DNA of 64,000 bases from Chitinophagaceae bacterium (GCA_043787935.1 JAYVUL010000006.1:1577-65576), one strand, 5' to 3'. Positions 19,906 to 29,958 are shown, counted from the stretch's first letter. The notes: generated by a model from the sequence alone, not told the origin. Made by a program: numbers and translations.

Positions 19906-20874
19906 TCAATTGTCAGTTTGTTGCTTAACCTGCACATAGCTCCATGCAAAAAATGGAAACAAAATAAAGATCAGTAAACTATACCAGCTGCCTGTAATAC
20001 TGACAGCAGCCAATACACAGGCGGATAAATAAAAAGGGTAAAGTAAAAAAAGTATTCCTGTAATAATAGAATCATAATGACCAGAATCCCTGGCCTTATG
20101 CCATACCAATTTTTGGATTGGTTTATAAAAGGCACAATGCGTAATGATGCCGGCAAGTGCCGGAAGGGTTAGCAGTATTTTTTTTGCAGGTTGAACAGGA
20201 ACGGTAAATACCTGCGCCTGCTTCTTTTTATCTGCACTATCTATTTCATATACCAGCGTTTTCAGTTGCAATTCTATTGCATCCGTTAATTCATTCAGCA
20301 GCTTCCCGTTTTCATGTATTCCATGATACAGTTTTTCCTGTGTGATGAAATTACCAATATTGACATGTACATTTTTGCTAAACAGGCGGTAACTGCTGTA
20401 GTTTAATCCTATAGGTAAAATTTTTAACGGAATTCCCTGCTGCCATGCAGATACAGCAAGCCTTGCAGTGCCTTTTTTTAAAGGCCGAAGGTGCCATTCA
20501 TTCTCACATAGTGCTTCTGAAAAAATGAGTACGATACCGTTGGTTTTAAATAATTTGAGGCATTCATCAAAAGTAGAATAGTTGCGGTGGAGGTGTTCTT
20601 TGCCTTCCCTTTCCCTGTACACGGGCAAAATATTTAAAGCACTTAAAATAGCAGCAATCCATTTAATTTTAAAACTGTCACCCCTCGCTAATGAATAAAC
20701 AGGCTGATTAAAGAGGGTATCAACAATCACTGCATCCAAAACAGAATTGGGATGATTGACGGCTAATATCAAAGGGCCATCACTGCCCAGCAACTGTTGG
20801 TTGCGGAGCAGGATTTTCCGGCAATAAATTTTTATTGCCAGCCGGGAGTATATTTTAAAAAGGGAATACAGCAA
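19906..20874 (-). CDS. 1-acyl-sn-glycerol-3-phosphate acyltransferase-like (PlsC family) protein
   Basis: NHPNSVLD (HX4D) motif, LARGD, IFSE, LKKGTARLA; C-terminal transmembrane helices. Confidence 0.85.
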   Translation of the reverse strand: MLYSLFKIYSRLAIKIYCRKILLRNQQLLGSDGPLILAVNHPNSVLDAVIVDTLFNQPVYSLARGDSFKIKWIAAILSALNILPVYREREGKEHLHRNYSTFDECLKLFKTNGIVLIFSEALCENEWHLRPLKKGTARLAVSAWQQGIPLKILPIGLNYSSYRLFSKNVHVNIGNFITQEKLYHGIHENGKLLNELTDAIELQLKTLVYEIDSADKKKQAQVFTVPVQPAKKILLTLPALAGIITHCAFYKPIQKLVWHKARDSGHYDSIITGILFLLYPFYLSACVLAAVSITGSWYSLLIFILFPFFAWSYVQVKQQTDN

Positions 20875-21008
20875 TTTTGTTTTTTTTCAGGTAATGGCAA
20901 CATGGATAAAAGTAAGCAGTATTTGTTCTTTAAACTAAAATTTCCATTTTCAGCCTTGGGTTAAAATGTTGATTTCAATTGATGTACATTCACTTTAAAT
21001 AGTTGATT

Positions 21009-21833
21009 ATGATTTATTCCCTTTCAATGGTAAATGAATGTGCAGCATTCCTGCAGCAAAAAGGAATTGATAAACCCGTTGCGGGTGTCGTGTTGGGTAC
21101 CGGGCTTGGCGCATTGATTAATAAAATGGAGGTTAAAATAACTGTTCCTTATACTGAAATACCGCACTTTCCTGAAGCTACGGTAGAATTTCATAAAGGC
21201 AATTTGATTTTCGGATTCTTAAATAAAGTGCCGGTGCTGGCCATGCAGGGCAGGTTTCATTATTATGAAGGATACAGTATGCAGCAAATCACTTTTCCGG
21301 TAAGGGTGATTAAAGCGCTTGGGGCGCAACATTTGTTGCTGAGCAATGCTGCAGGAGGAATGAACCCGGCCTATAAAAAAGGAGACCTGGTATTGATTAC
21401 CGACCATATTAATGAACAGCCTGAAAACCCTTTACGTGGATTGAACGATCCTTCATTTGGCAATCGTTTTGTTGATATGAGTTGCCCTTATAATGAGTCA
21501 TTAAATGCGAAACTGCTGGCTGCTGGTGAAAGTTTATCCATATCCCTGCAGCAGGGTGTTTATGTATCTGTAGCAGGCCCTAATCTGGAAACAAGGGCAG
21601 AATACCGCCATTTGCGCAAGATGGGTGCAGATATGGTGGGTATGAGTACAGTGCCGGAAGTAATTGTAGCCAACCAGGTAGGGTTGCCATGTGCTGCAAT
21701 AAGTGTTATCACTGATGAATGTGATCCTGATAATTTACAACCCGTGAGTATCGAAGCCATCATTGAAATTGCAGGTAAGGCAGATGAAAAAATGAGTGAC
21801 GTTTTTGCAACAGCGGTTGCAGGATTAATTTAA
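21009..21833 (+). CDS. punA: Purine nucleoside phosphorylase (trimeric type)
   Basis: VLGTGLG, MQGRFHYYEGY, NAAGG, GPNLETRAE, VGMSTVPE; start could also be ATG 21027. Confidence 0.92.
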   Translation: MIYSLSMVNECAAFLQQKGIDKPVAGVVLGTGLGALINKMEVKITVPYTEIPHFPEATVEFHKGNLIFGFLNKVPVLAMQGRFHYYEGYSMQQITFPVRVIKALGAQHLLLSNAAGGMNPAYKKGDLVLITDHINEQPENPLRGLNDPSFGNRFVDMSCPYNESLNAKLLAAGESLSISLQQGVYVSVAGPNLETRAEYRHLRKMGADMVGMSTVPEVIVANQVGLPCAAISVITDECDPDNLQPVSIEAIIEIAGKADEKMSDVFATAVAGLI

Positions 21834-22376
21834 TTGCGGGTCTATCGGGAAGTTGATCATCATTTCATATTCACCTCCCAGGTGTTTGAGGCTGTCTTTC
21901 CAGATATTATCCGGCTGCCGGTGAAAGATTAGTTTTCGGGTAGCCGATACAGTGAGCCATGTTTTTTCTGTCAGTTCACCTGCAAGCTGCCCACTGCCCC
22001 ATCCGCTGTAGCCTATAAAAAAACGTATTTTATTATAATCCACTTCATTATTTATTACCATTGAAGCCAGGCTGCTGAAATCGCCGCCCCAGTAAATATC
22101 TTTCATCACTTCAACCCCCCCGGGCACCCTGTCGGGGTACTGGTGCAAAAAATGAATAGAATCCATCTGCACCGGGCCGCCATAATAAACCGGAACTTTG
22201 TGGCCCTCAAAGCCATTCATCAGTTCATCCAGGGTGTTTTCAAACAGTTTGTTTAGCACAAACCCAAAGCTCCCTTCATCCTGGTGTTCACATAAAAATA
22301 TTACCGTCCTCATAAAGTTAGGATCCTTTAAAAATGGGTCTGCAATTAATAATATACCCGGCGCTGGTGAAACCAT
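21825..22376 (-). CDS. YqgE/AlgH family protein (DUF179)
   Basis: DPNFMRTVIFLCEH, GGPV, FIGYSGWGSGQL, PIDPQLN. Confidence 0.92.
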   Translation of the reverse strand: MVSPAPGILLIADPFLKDPNFMRTVIFLCEHQDEGSFGFVLNKLFENTLDELMNGFEGHKVPVYYGGPVQMDSIHFLHQYPDRVPGGVEVMKDIYWGGDFSSLASMVINNEVDYNKIRFFIGYSGWGSGQLAGELTEKTWLTVSATRKLIFHRQPDNIWKDSLKHLGGEYEMMINFPIDPQLN

Positions 22377-22510
22377 GTATCTAAAATATTGATTATTTCT
22401 TTTTATTGATTAAAATGGGCAAGATATTTTTGGAATCAGCGGAAGTTCTAAAACCTTCGTTAAATTTACTGTTTGCAGCACTTATCTTTTTTAATAGCAG
22501 TACACTCTTT

Positions 22511-22518
22511 TATTTTTG
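22511..22518 (+). promoter_or_regulatory. Bacteroidota -7 promoter element
   Basis: TATTTTTG 4 bp before the ATG at 22523. Confidence 0.6.
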
Positions 22519-22522
22519 CCGG

Positions 22523-23851
22523 ATGAAAAGAATTTTCCCCATCATTACCATACTGATATTGCTTTCTTTGCTGGGGCTGATTTTTTTTCAGATACTCTGG
22601 TTAAATGGGGCGTTGGAATCTCAGGGTGAAAAATTCAATGAACATTTAGTGATGGCAACATACCAGGTATCCGAAGACCTGATACAGGAGAAGGGAAACC
22701 TTATCCCGCCATTGCTTAAAAAGAACCAGCCCATCTTCCCAAGCGACCGTTTACAACTGGAGTTTTTTGCTCCCACCATTGCACAGAAATTTACGAAAGA
22801 CGAGATCAAACAGATCATCCGAAAGGTTTTTGACAAGCATAACCTGAAGAAAGTGCCCTTTGAATTTTCAATTACTTCCCTCTCAATTAACGGGGAAGAA
22901 CTGGTATCTGAAAATTTTTATGCAATGCAGGGTGATACCGTAAATAACATCAAGCAGGCCATAGCGCTTGAGTCGCCCAGTGGCAGCAATACCGAAGGAA
23001 TATCACCACAGGAAATACTGGTAATACTAATCCCCCATGCCAGGAGTTTCATCTGGCATTCCATGACCTGGTTAATTGCAGGTGCCATATTGTTTACCAT
23101 CATTATTATGTGTGCGTTTTTTCTTACAGTAAGGGCTTTATTAAAACAAAAAAAACTCAGTGAGATAAAGTCTGACTTTATCAATAACATGACGCATGAA
23201 TTTAAAACACCCCTGGCCACCATATCGCTTGCAGTAGATGCCTTAAAGAATGAAAAGGTACTTGGTAATAAGGAAAAGATGAATTACTTCACCGGCATCA
23301 TCAAAGAAGAGAATAAGCGGATGAACAAGCAGGTGGAAACCATTCTGCAGGCGGCTTTACTGGATAAGCAGGAAGTACAGCTCAATTTAAAAAAATTGCA
23401 TGCGCATGAGCTGATCAACAGTTCGTTGAATAATATCCTCCTGCAGGTGGAAGAAAAAAAGGGAAGGCTGGAGGTGAATTTGGGTGCCGCAAAAGACCTG
23501 TTGATGGCTGATGAAGTACATTTCACCAACCTTATCAGCAACCTGCTTGATAATGCCGTTAAATATTCAAAAGATAATTTGCTGATAACCATCACCACAC
23601 AGAATACTGCCAGCCAGTTTAAAATAAAAATTGAAGACAACGGTATTGGCATGAACAAGGAAACCCTCGGCCGTATCTTTGAAAAATTTTACCGGGCGCA
23701 TACCGGCAACCTGCACAATGTAAAAGGTTTTGGCCTGGGACTAAGTTATGTAAAGACAATGGTGCAAGCCCATCGGGGAAGTATCAAAGCAGAAAGTATA
23801 CCAGGAAAAGGCACTTCTTTTTTTCTTAGTTTCCCCCTCTGTAAAGTTTAG
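22523..23851 (+). CDS. Membrane sensor histidine kinase (RprX-like)
   Basis: Two TM helices; H-box FINNMTHEFKTPLATI; N-box NLLDNAVKYS; DNGIG, F-box IFEKFYR, GFGLGL. Confidence 0.92.
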   Translation: MKRIFPIITILILLSLLGLIFFQILWLNGALESQGEKFNEHLVMATYQVSEDLIQEKGNLIPPLLKKNQPIFPSDRLQLEFFAPTIAQKFTKDEIKQIIRKVFDKHNLKKVPFEFSITSLSINGEELVSENFYAMQGDTVNNIKQAIALESPSGSNTEGISPQEILVILIPHARSFIWHSMTWLIAGAILFTIIIMCAFFLTVRALLKQKKLSEIKSDFINNMTHEFKTPLATISLAVDALKNEKVLGNKEKMNYFTGIIKEENKRMNKQVETILQAALLDKQEVQLNLKKLHAHELINSSLNNILLQVEEKKGRLEVNLGAAKDLLMADEVHFTNLISNLLDNAVKYSKDNLLITITTQNTASQFKIKIEDNGIGMNKETLGRIFEKFYRAHTGNLHNVKGFGLGLSYVKTMVQAHRGSIKAESIPGKGTSFFLSFPLCKV

Positions 23852-23939
23852 CCCCCTTCAACAGGGCCATTATTTTTTGAGGGCCTTGCAATAAGCAAAC
23901 CTTGCCCAATTTCCCTTGTCCGATTAGTTTGAGTAGCTG

Positions 23940-24100
23940 TAATCCACAATTTACCTCCATTTATCCACATTAATTCACACTCACATTATAATAATATCTT
24001 AAATAATTGATTAACAGTATATTATAGTGTGGATAAAAGTTTATTCTCAAAATTTAGTATTTTGATGTCAAAAAATGTTATTTTGTGTAGAATTGTGTAG
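23940..24100. promoter_or_regulatory. mraZ upstream region with DnaA-box-like sites and 10-bp-phased GTG repeats
   Basis: TTATCCACA at 23961-23969, TGTGGATAA at 24028-24036, one-mismatch copies at 23940-23948 and 23971-23979; TTGTGTAG twice, 10 bp apart, at 24083-24100. Confidence 0.6.
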
Positions 24101-24121
24101 GTAATTATTAATTTTCAATAA

Positions 24122-24577
24122 ATGATTGGTTTTCTGGGTGAATATGAGGTTACATTGGATGCCAAGGGCCGGTTCCTGGTACCTGCTGCTTTTAAAAAGC
24201 AGTTGGCAGCAGACAGCGCCAACCTGTTTGTTATTAACAGGGGTATTGAACAATGCCTCACTTTATATCCAATGCAAACCTGGGAGCCAGTATTTTCTGA
24301 TATCAGCAAACTAAATGATTTTGATCCGCAAGTTAGGGAATTCAGGCGGTCCTTTTTGAATGGAGCCACCCAGGTGGAACTGGATAGTGCAGGCAGGTTA
24401 TTGTTGCCTAAGCCTCTGATTGATTATGCAGGCCTGGAAAGGGATGTGTTGCTGGTATCGGCAGTGAACAAAATTGAAATCTGGGACAGTAATAAATATA
24501 AAAAGCTCTTTGAATCTTTTTCACCGGAAGGGTACAGCAAACTGGCCAATGCAGTGATGAATAAAACAAGCAATTAG
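24122..24577 (+). CDS. mraZ: Division/cell wall cluster transcriptional repressor MraZ
   Basis: LDAKGRFLVP and LDSAGRLLLP AbrB-like repeats; first gene of the dcw cluster. Confidence 0.97.
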   Translation: MIGFLGEYEVTLDAKGRFLVPAAFKKQLAADSANLFVINRGIEQCLTLYPMQTWEPVFSDISKLNDFDPQVREFRRSFLNGATQVELDSAGRLLLPKPLIDYAGLERDVLLVSAVNKIEIWDSNKYKKLFESFSPEGYSKLANAVMNKTSN

Positions 24578-24600
24578 GGATTTGTAATTAGTAAAATGGA

Positions 24601-25551
24601 ATGCGTAAAAAAGTAAACGACATACTAATTCCCGGTTCCCCTTTTCCTGGTTATCACACACCTGTGTTATTAAAGGAATCCATTGAAGGATTAAACATTA
24701 AGCCGGATGGTATTTACGTTGATTGCACATTTGGAGGTGGCGGACACAGCAGGGCCATACTGCAATGCTTAAACGAAAACGGCAGGTTAATGGCTTTTGA
24801 CCAGGATGACGATGCAAAGAAAAATTTACCCGACGATAACCGGGTGGTTTTTGTGCCGCAAAATTTCAGGCACCTGCAGCGTTTTTTACGGTTGCATAAA
24901 ATAAACCAGGTGGATGGTATCCTTGCCGATCTCGGTGTTTCCAGCCACCAGTTTGATGAAGCAGAAAGGGGCTTCTCCATTCGTTTTGATGCAGCCCTTG
25001 ATATGCGGATGGATCAGCGCCAGGTGCTTACTGCTGCTGCTGTACTTGCCAATTTTTCGGAAGGGCAACTGCACAAGCTATTTGAGCAGTATGGCGAAGT
25101 AACCAATTCAAAAACCCTGGCAAAAACAATTGTGCAGCAGCGGGCTATTACAACTCTTAAAACGGTCAACGGATTGAAGCAGGCTGTGCAGGCGGTGGTG
25201 AAAGGGAATCCCCAAAAATATTTTTCACAGGTGTTCCAGGCATTGAGGATTGAAGTAAATGATGAACTGGGAGCATTAAGAGAATTATTGCAACAATCTG
25301 TTACCCTTTTGAAACCTTCTGGCCGTATAGCCATTATCACTTTTCATTCACTTGAAGACAGGATAGTAAAAAACTTTTTCAGGGCAGGAACATTTGATGA
25401 AGCGGAAACAGATGAGGTATATGGAACTAAAATGAGCAGCCCGCTGGTACCGGTAAATAAAAAGCCATTAACACCAGGCCCCGAAGAATTAAAGATTAAC
25501 CCAAGAAGCAGGAGTGCCAAGCTGAGGGTTGCTGAGAAAAAGATCATTTGA
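24601..25551 (+). CDS. rsmH: 16S rRNA C1402 N4-methyltransferase
   Basis: YHTPVLL, DCTFGGGGHS, ADLGVSSHQFD, ALRIEVN, FHSLEDRIVK, NPRSRSAKLR. Confidence 0.98.
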   Translation: MRKKVNDILIPGSPFPGYHTPVLLKESIEGLNIKPDGIYVDCTFGGGGHSRAILQCLNENGRLMAFDQDDDAKKNLPDDNRVVFVPQNFRHLQRFLRLHKINQVDGILADLGVSSHQFDEAERGFSIRFDAALDMRMDQRQVLTAAAVLANFSEGQLHKLFEQYGEVTNSKTLAKTIVQQRAITTLKTVNGLKQAVQAVVKGNPQKYFSQVFQALRIEVNDELGALRELLQQSVTLLKPSGRIAIITFHSLEDRIVKNFFRAGTFDEAETDEVYGTKMSSPLVPVNKKPLTPGPEELKINPRSRSAKLRVAEKKII

Positions 25552-25620
25552 AAATCGTTTTGTCTTGCAGTATTGATGAGCTGAAAAATGAGATACACCA
25601 AACACAGAGATTGCTGAATA

Positions 25621-25968
25621 ATGGCCGACCCAAAAACTATACAACAGGAAGAGGTATCCGCTCAAAAATTTGAGTGGAAGCGCATGTTCAACTACCGGTG
25701 GGTGGTGAAGAATATCCCGTTTTTTTTATTCCTTGCTTTTTTAGCCGTACTGTATATCTACAATGGCCATTTGGCAGATAAGCTTACCCGCAAAATCGGA
25801 TTTACAGAAAAACATATTAAGGAGCTGGAGTACGAATATAAAACCATCAAAAGTGAAGTCATATTCAGAAGCAAAGTTAGCGAGCTGGCAAAAGCGGTAG
25901 CGCCTTTGGGATTAAAAGAATTGACAAAGCCGCCGGTGATACTGGATGCTGCACTCCCTAGCCCCTGA
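25621..25968 (+). CDS. ftsL: Cell division protein FtsL-like
   Basis: Single TM helix plus coiled coil; located between rsmH and ftsI. Confidence 0.85.
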   Translation: MADPKTIQQEEVSAQKFEWKRMFNYRWVVKNIPFFLFLAFLAVLYIYNGHLADKLTRKIGFTEKHIKELEYEYKTIKSEVIFRSKVSELAKAVAPLGLKELTKPPVILDAALPSP

Positions 25969-26068
25969 TGGATGCACAACCTGAATTTCGTTCGTTCTCT
26001 TTCGGGAACCTGCAGGGAGTGGTTAAGGCAAAAATGAATTGATGAAAGGATGATCAGCATTTGAGGGA

Positions 26069-26120
26069 GATGAGGCCGTGATGTGGCCGGCAAAGATTAA
26101 TGATGCTGAAAAAGTACAAG
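26069..26120 (+). repeat. 52-bp dispersed segment shared with 52765-52816 (minus strand)
   Basis: Ungapped alignment 41/52 identical (hand count). Confidence 0.7.
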
Positions 26121-26234
26121 TGAGCCCTTATAAAAATCAGGGTTTGCATGACATAACACTGTTTAAGAAAGGGCAACATGCCGGTTTCAAAAAAATAAAA
26201 ATTGTATTCTTTGCTTGTTTGCAGAGAAGGAAAA

Positions 26235-28376
26235 ATGGATATAAAAAAAGACATATTGTGGAGGGTGTATCTCTGTTTTATCGGGATAGTGCTGCTGGGT
26301 GTAGTTGTGTTGGGGAGGGCTTTTTATATCCAGCGTTTTGAGGGTAAATTCTGGCAAAGCATGGGTGATAGCCTGCATCAGAAATTTATGCCGCTGGAGG
26401 CAGAAAGGGGAACCATATACAGTGAGGATGGAAATATCCTGAGTACCTCGGTACCCATTTATGATGTATATGTTGATTTTGGGGCAGAAGGCTTAAGGGA
26501 AAAAGGCGGTGCAAGGTTCATCAACAATATAGACTCTTTAAGTAGTAGTATGGCCGGGCTTTTTAAAGATAAGCCGGCTGCCTGGTATAAAAAAGAAATG
26601 CAGTTAGCCTATAAAAATATTGACCGCTTTTACCCGCTGAAAAAGAAAATTTCTTTTGTGGAATATGCAGCACTCCGGGAATTTCCTTTGGTAAGACAGG
26701 GAAGAAATAAAAGCGGATTTATTGTTGACCTGCGGGATAAGCGCATCAATCCATATGTGCTGCTGGCTAACAGAACAATTGGTTTGTCGAGGGATAATGC
26801 AAAGGCAAATGTTGGTATAGAGCAAAGCTACGACAGCCTGCTTAGAGGTACTACAGGACAGCGTTTGATGCGTTATGTTGCGGGAGCCTATATGCCGGTG
26901 GAAGGGGTGGAAGTAGAACCCGAAAATGGAAAAGATATCATTACCACCTTAGATACTTATATGCAGGATATCGCAGAAAATGCTTTAATGAAAATGCTGG
27001 TGGGTAATAACTCTTTGCATGGAACGGTAATCATAATGGAAACGGCCACCGGGAAAATAAAGGCCATTGCCAATCTGGGCCAGCAAAAGAATAATAAAGA
27101 CAGCAGTATTTTTTATACGGAAGACCTGAACTATGGTGTCGGAAAGGCTACTGAGCCCGGATCTATTTTCAAACTGGCAACACTGATATCACTGATAGAA
27201 GATAAATATGTAGATAAAAATTCAATCGTGGATTGTGAAGGCGGCGCAAAATATTTTTATGGGCTGCGCATAAAAGATTCTCACCTGGGCGGCGGTGAAA
27301 TGACGGTAAAAGATGCCTTTGCGCACAGCAGCAATGTGGCCTTTGCAAAACTGGCAGATCAGTATTATCATACGCAACCATCAAAATTTATTGATCACCT
27401 GCATAAGTTCCGTTTGGATACTTTAACCGGCATAGATATTACGGCATCATCCGGAAAGCCTACCATCAAAAAACCAACGAACCGAAGCTGGGCCAATACC
27501 ACCATTCCTTACATGGCACATGGATATGAGGAATTGGTAACCCCCCTCCACATGCTGATGCTGTACAATGCAGTGGCTAATAATGGAAAAATGATGAAGC
27601 CTTACCTGGTAAATGCAGTCAGGGAATTCGGAATGGATATCAAAACAATTCAACCACAGGTGCTGGTAGATAAAATTTGCAGTGACGAAACACTGGTGCA
27701 GGTTAAGGAATGCCTTGGTGCAGTAGTGGACAGTATGCATGGCACCGGTCATAAAATATTATTTGACAGCATGTATTCAATTGCAGGTAAAACAGGTACC
27801 GCAGTAACGGCATTAAACAATAAGGGTTATAACAAAGGCAATAAAATTTACCAGGCTTCTTTCATCGGTTATTTTCCGGCCAACCAGCCAAAATATACGA
27901 TGGCCGTGGTGATCCAAAACAGCAATGGATCTAAATTGATTTACGGCGCAGATGTATCCGGTACGGTATTTAAAGAGATTAGTGATAAAATTTACGGACG
28001 CTATATAAGTAATAAAAAATTTACGCAGCCTCCCGCTAGTGACACGCTGATGTATAATTATTATGGGATGAGGAATGAATTAAATTCCATTTTTGGCACC
28101 TTGAAAATACCTTTTACCGATTCAGCAAATGGAGGCTACTGGCGTACGGTGAGTTTTAAAAATAATATGGCGATGCTGCAATTCCCGGGTGCTGCAGTTA
28201 CCGGTGGTATGACAACACCGGATGTAACAGGTATGGGTTTGAAAGATGCAGTGTACCTGGCAGAAAATAAGGGATTAAAGGTGAGTGCTGCCGGCAGGGG
28301 CCGGGTGATCAGCCAATCCATATTACCCGGAACAATATTTAAGAAAGGACAAACCATTACACTCTTTTTAAATTGA
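26235..28376 (+). CDS. ftsI: Peptidoglycan transpeptidase PBP3/FtsI with C-terminal PASTA domain
   Basis: ATG 26235; AERGTIY, EPGSIFK (SxxK), HSSNV (SxN), AGKTGT, PASTA domain (PDVTGMGLKDA). Confidence 0.93.
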   Translation: MDIKKDILWRVYLCFIGIVLLGVVVLGRAFYIQRFEGKFWQSMGDSLHQKFMPLEAERGTIYSEDGNILSTSVPIYDVYVDFGAEGLREKGGARFINNIDSLSSSMAGLFKDKPAAWYKKEMQLAYKNIDRFYPLKKKISFVEYAALREFPLVRQGRNKSGFIVDLRDKRINPYVLLANRTIGLSRDNAKANVGIEQSYDSLLRGTTGQRLMRYVAGAYMPVEGVEVEPENGKDIITTLDTYMQDIAENALMKMLVGNNSLHGTVIIMETATGKIKAIANLGQQKNNKDSSIFYTEDLNYGVGKATEPGSIFKLATLISLIEDKYVDKNSIVDCEGGAKYFYGLRIKDSHLGGGEMTVKDAFAHSSNVAFAKLADQYYHTQPSKFIDHLHKFRLDTLTGIDITASSGKPTIKKPTNRSWANTTIPYMAHGYEELVTPLHMLMLYNAVANNGKMMKPYLVNAVREFGMDIKTIQPQVLVDKICSDETLVQVKECLGAVVDSMHGTGHKILFDSMYSIAGKTGTAVTALNNKGYNKGNKIYQASFIGYFPANQPKYTMAVVIQNSNGSKLIYGADVSGTVFKEISDKIYGRYISNKKFTQPPASDTLMYNYYGMRNELNSIFGTLKIPFTDSANGGYWRTVSFKNNMAMLQFPGAAVTGGMTTPDVTGMGLKDAVYLAENKGLKVSAAGRGRVISQSILPGTIFKKGQTITLFLN

Positions 28377-29836
28377 TCTTAAAAGACATACTATATAAAG
28401 TAAGCATACGGTCTGTGAAGGGAGATACCGGCATCAATGTAAATGATTTGCAGATTGATTCCCGAAAGGTATCCTCCGGATGTTGCTTTATAGCCGTGAA
28501 AGGACATGCTGCAGACGGCCACCAGTACATTGAAACTGCTGTGGAAAATGGGGCAGTTGCTGTGGTGTGCGAACTTTTGCCGGAAAATGTAAAGGAAGGA
28601 GTTACTTATATACAGGTGGTGAACAGTGCCATTGCAGCAGGCGGTATCAGTCATAATTTTTTCGATGAACCTTCTTTGAAAATGAGGCTGGTAGGCGTTA
28701 CCGGTACCAATGGTAAAACAACTATCGCCACTTTGCTGTGGAAATTATTTACCGCATTGGGGTTTAAATGTGGTTTGATAAGCACGGTGCAGAATCAAAT
28801 TGGCGAACAAATAATTTCATCAACACATACAACCCCTGATGCCATAAGCCTCAATAAGCTGTTGAAGCAAATGCTGGATGAAGGTTGTGTATTCGTTTTC
28901 ATGGAATGCAGCAGCCATGCCATTCACCAGCACCGGATTGCCGGACTGCAGTTTGCGGGTGCTTTATTCAGCAATATCACCCATGATCACCTGGATTATC
29001 ATAAAACTTTTGATGAATACATCAGGGTAAAAAAATCCTGGTTCGACGGGTTGCCCTCCTCTGCATTTGCCGTTAGCAACCTGGATGATAAACGGGGATT
29101 GATAATGCTGCAGAATACGGCTGCAAAAAAGTTTTTCTACAGCCTTAAAACAATGGCTGACTTTAAAGGAAAAATTTTGGATAACAGCCTCGCAGGCCTG
29201 CATATGATAGTGAATGACCAGGAAGTTTATTTCAGACTGATTGGGGAATTCAATGCCTATAATTTACTGGCAGTGTATGGGGCAGCCCTATGTTTAGGCC
29301 AGGATAAATTAGCCGTACTGCAAACGCTCAGCAATCTTTCCGGAGCAGAAGGAAGGTTCGATTACACCATAAGCAATCATGATAAAGTGGTAGGCATAAT
29401 TGACTATGCACATACTCCCGATGCTTTGCTGAATGTACTGGCTACCATAAAGAATTTGCGGCAGGGACATGAGCATATTATTACGGTTGTGGGCTGTGGA
29501 GGCGACAGGGATAAAACAAAACGCCCTATCATGGCAGAGGTTGCCTGCGAATACAGTGACAGGGTCATCTTCACTTCTGATAATCCCCGAAGTGAAGATG
29601 CGTTGCAGATTTTAAAAGATATGGAGGCTGGTGTAAGTGTGGTGGCAAGGAAAAAATACATCTCTATTGCAGACAGAAAGGAAGCTATCAAAACTGCCGT
29701 GAGCCTGGCTGATAAAGATGACATTGTTTTAATAGCGGGAAAAGGCCATGAGAAATATCAGGATATCAAGGGGGTGAAATATGATTTTGATGACAAGCAC
29801 GTACTGAATGAAATGTTTGAATTGCTGGAAAAATAA
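28373..29836 (+). CDS. murE: UDP-N-acetylmuramoyl-tripeptide synthetase
   Basis: VTGTNGKTT, MECSSH, HDHLDYH, DYAHTPD, DNPR, AGKGHE; TTG start overlapping the ftsI stop. Confidence 0.97.
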   Translation: MILKDILYKVSIRSVKGDTGINVNDLQIDSRKVSSGCCFIAVKGHAADGHQYIETAVENGAVAVVCELLPENVKEGVTYIQVVNSAIAAGGISHNFFDEPSLKMRLVGVTGTNGKTTIATLLWKLFTALGFKCGLISTVQNQIGEQIISSTHTTPDAISLNKLLKQMLDEGCVFVFMECSSHAIHQHRIAGLQFAGALFSNITHDHLDYHKTFDEYIRVKKSWFDGLPSSAFAVSNLDDKRGLIMLQNTAAKKFFYSLKTMADFKGKILDNSLAGLHMIVNDQEVYFRLIGEFNAYNLLAVYGAALCLGQDKLAVLQTLSNLSGAEGRFDYTISNHDKVVGIIDYAHTPDALLNVLATIKNLRQGHEHIITVVGCGGDRDKTKRPIMAEVACEYSDRVIFTSDNPRSEDALQILKDMEAGVSVVARKKYISIADRKEAIKTAVSLADKDDIVLIAGKGHEKYQDIKGVKYDFDDKHVLNEMFELLEK

Positions 29837-29958
29837 CCTCCCATCGGCCAGGTGAACTTGCAGGGAGTATTCAAAAGCGGGTAATGTAATTGTTAAGGTA
29901 TAACTAACTATAAAAAAATTGGCACAGTAGCAGACCGCTACCGGGCAAATTATCAACC

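Noticed and set aside
21825-21833. Convergent stop-codon overlaps (punA/yqgE; also thiolase/permease at 48936-48941)
   Set aside because: Short 3' overlaps are common in compact genomes
23852-24121. oriC
   Set aside because: Only two perfect DnaA boxes, no dnaA or mnmG nearby, and no obvious strand-composition switch by eye; kept only as a regulatory candidate. Whole-genome GC skew would decide.
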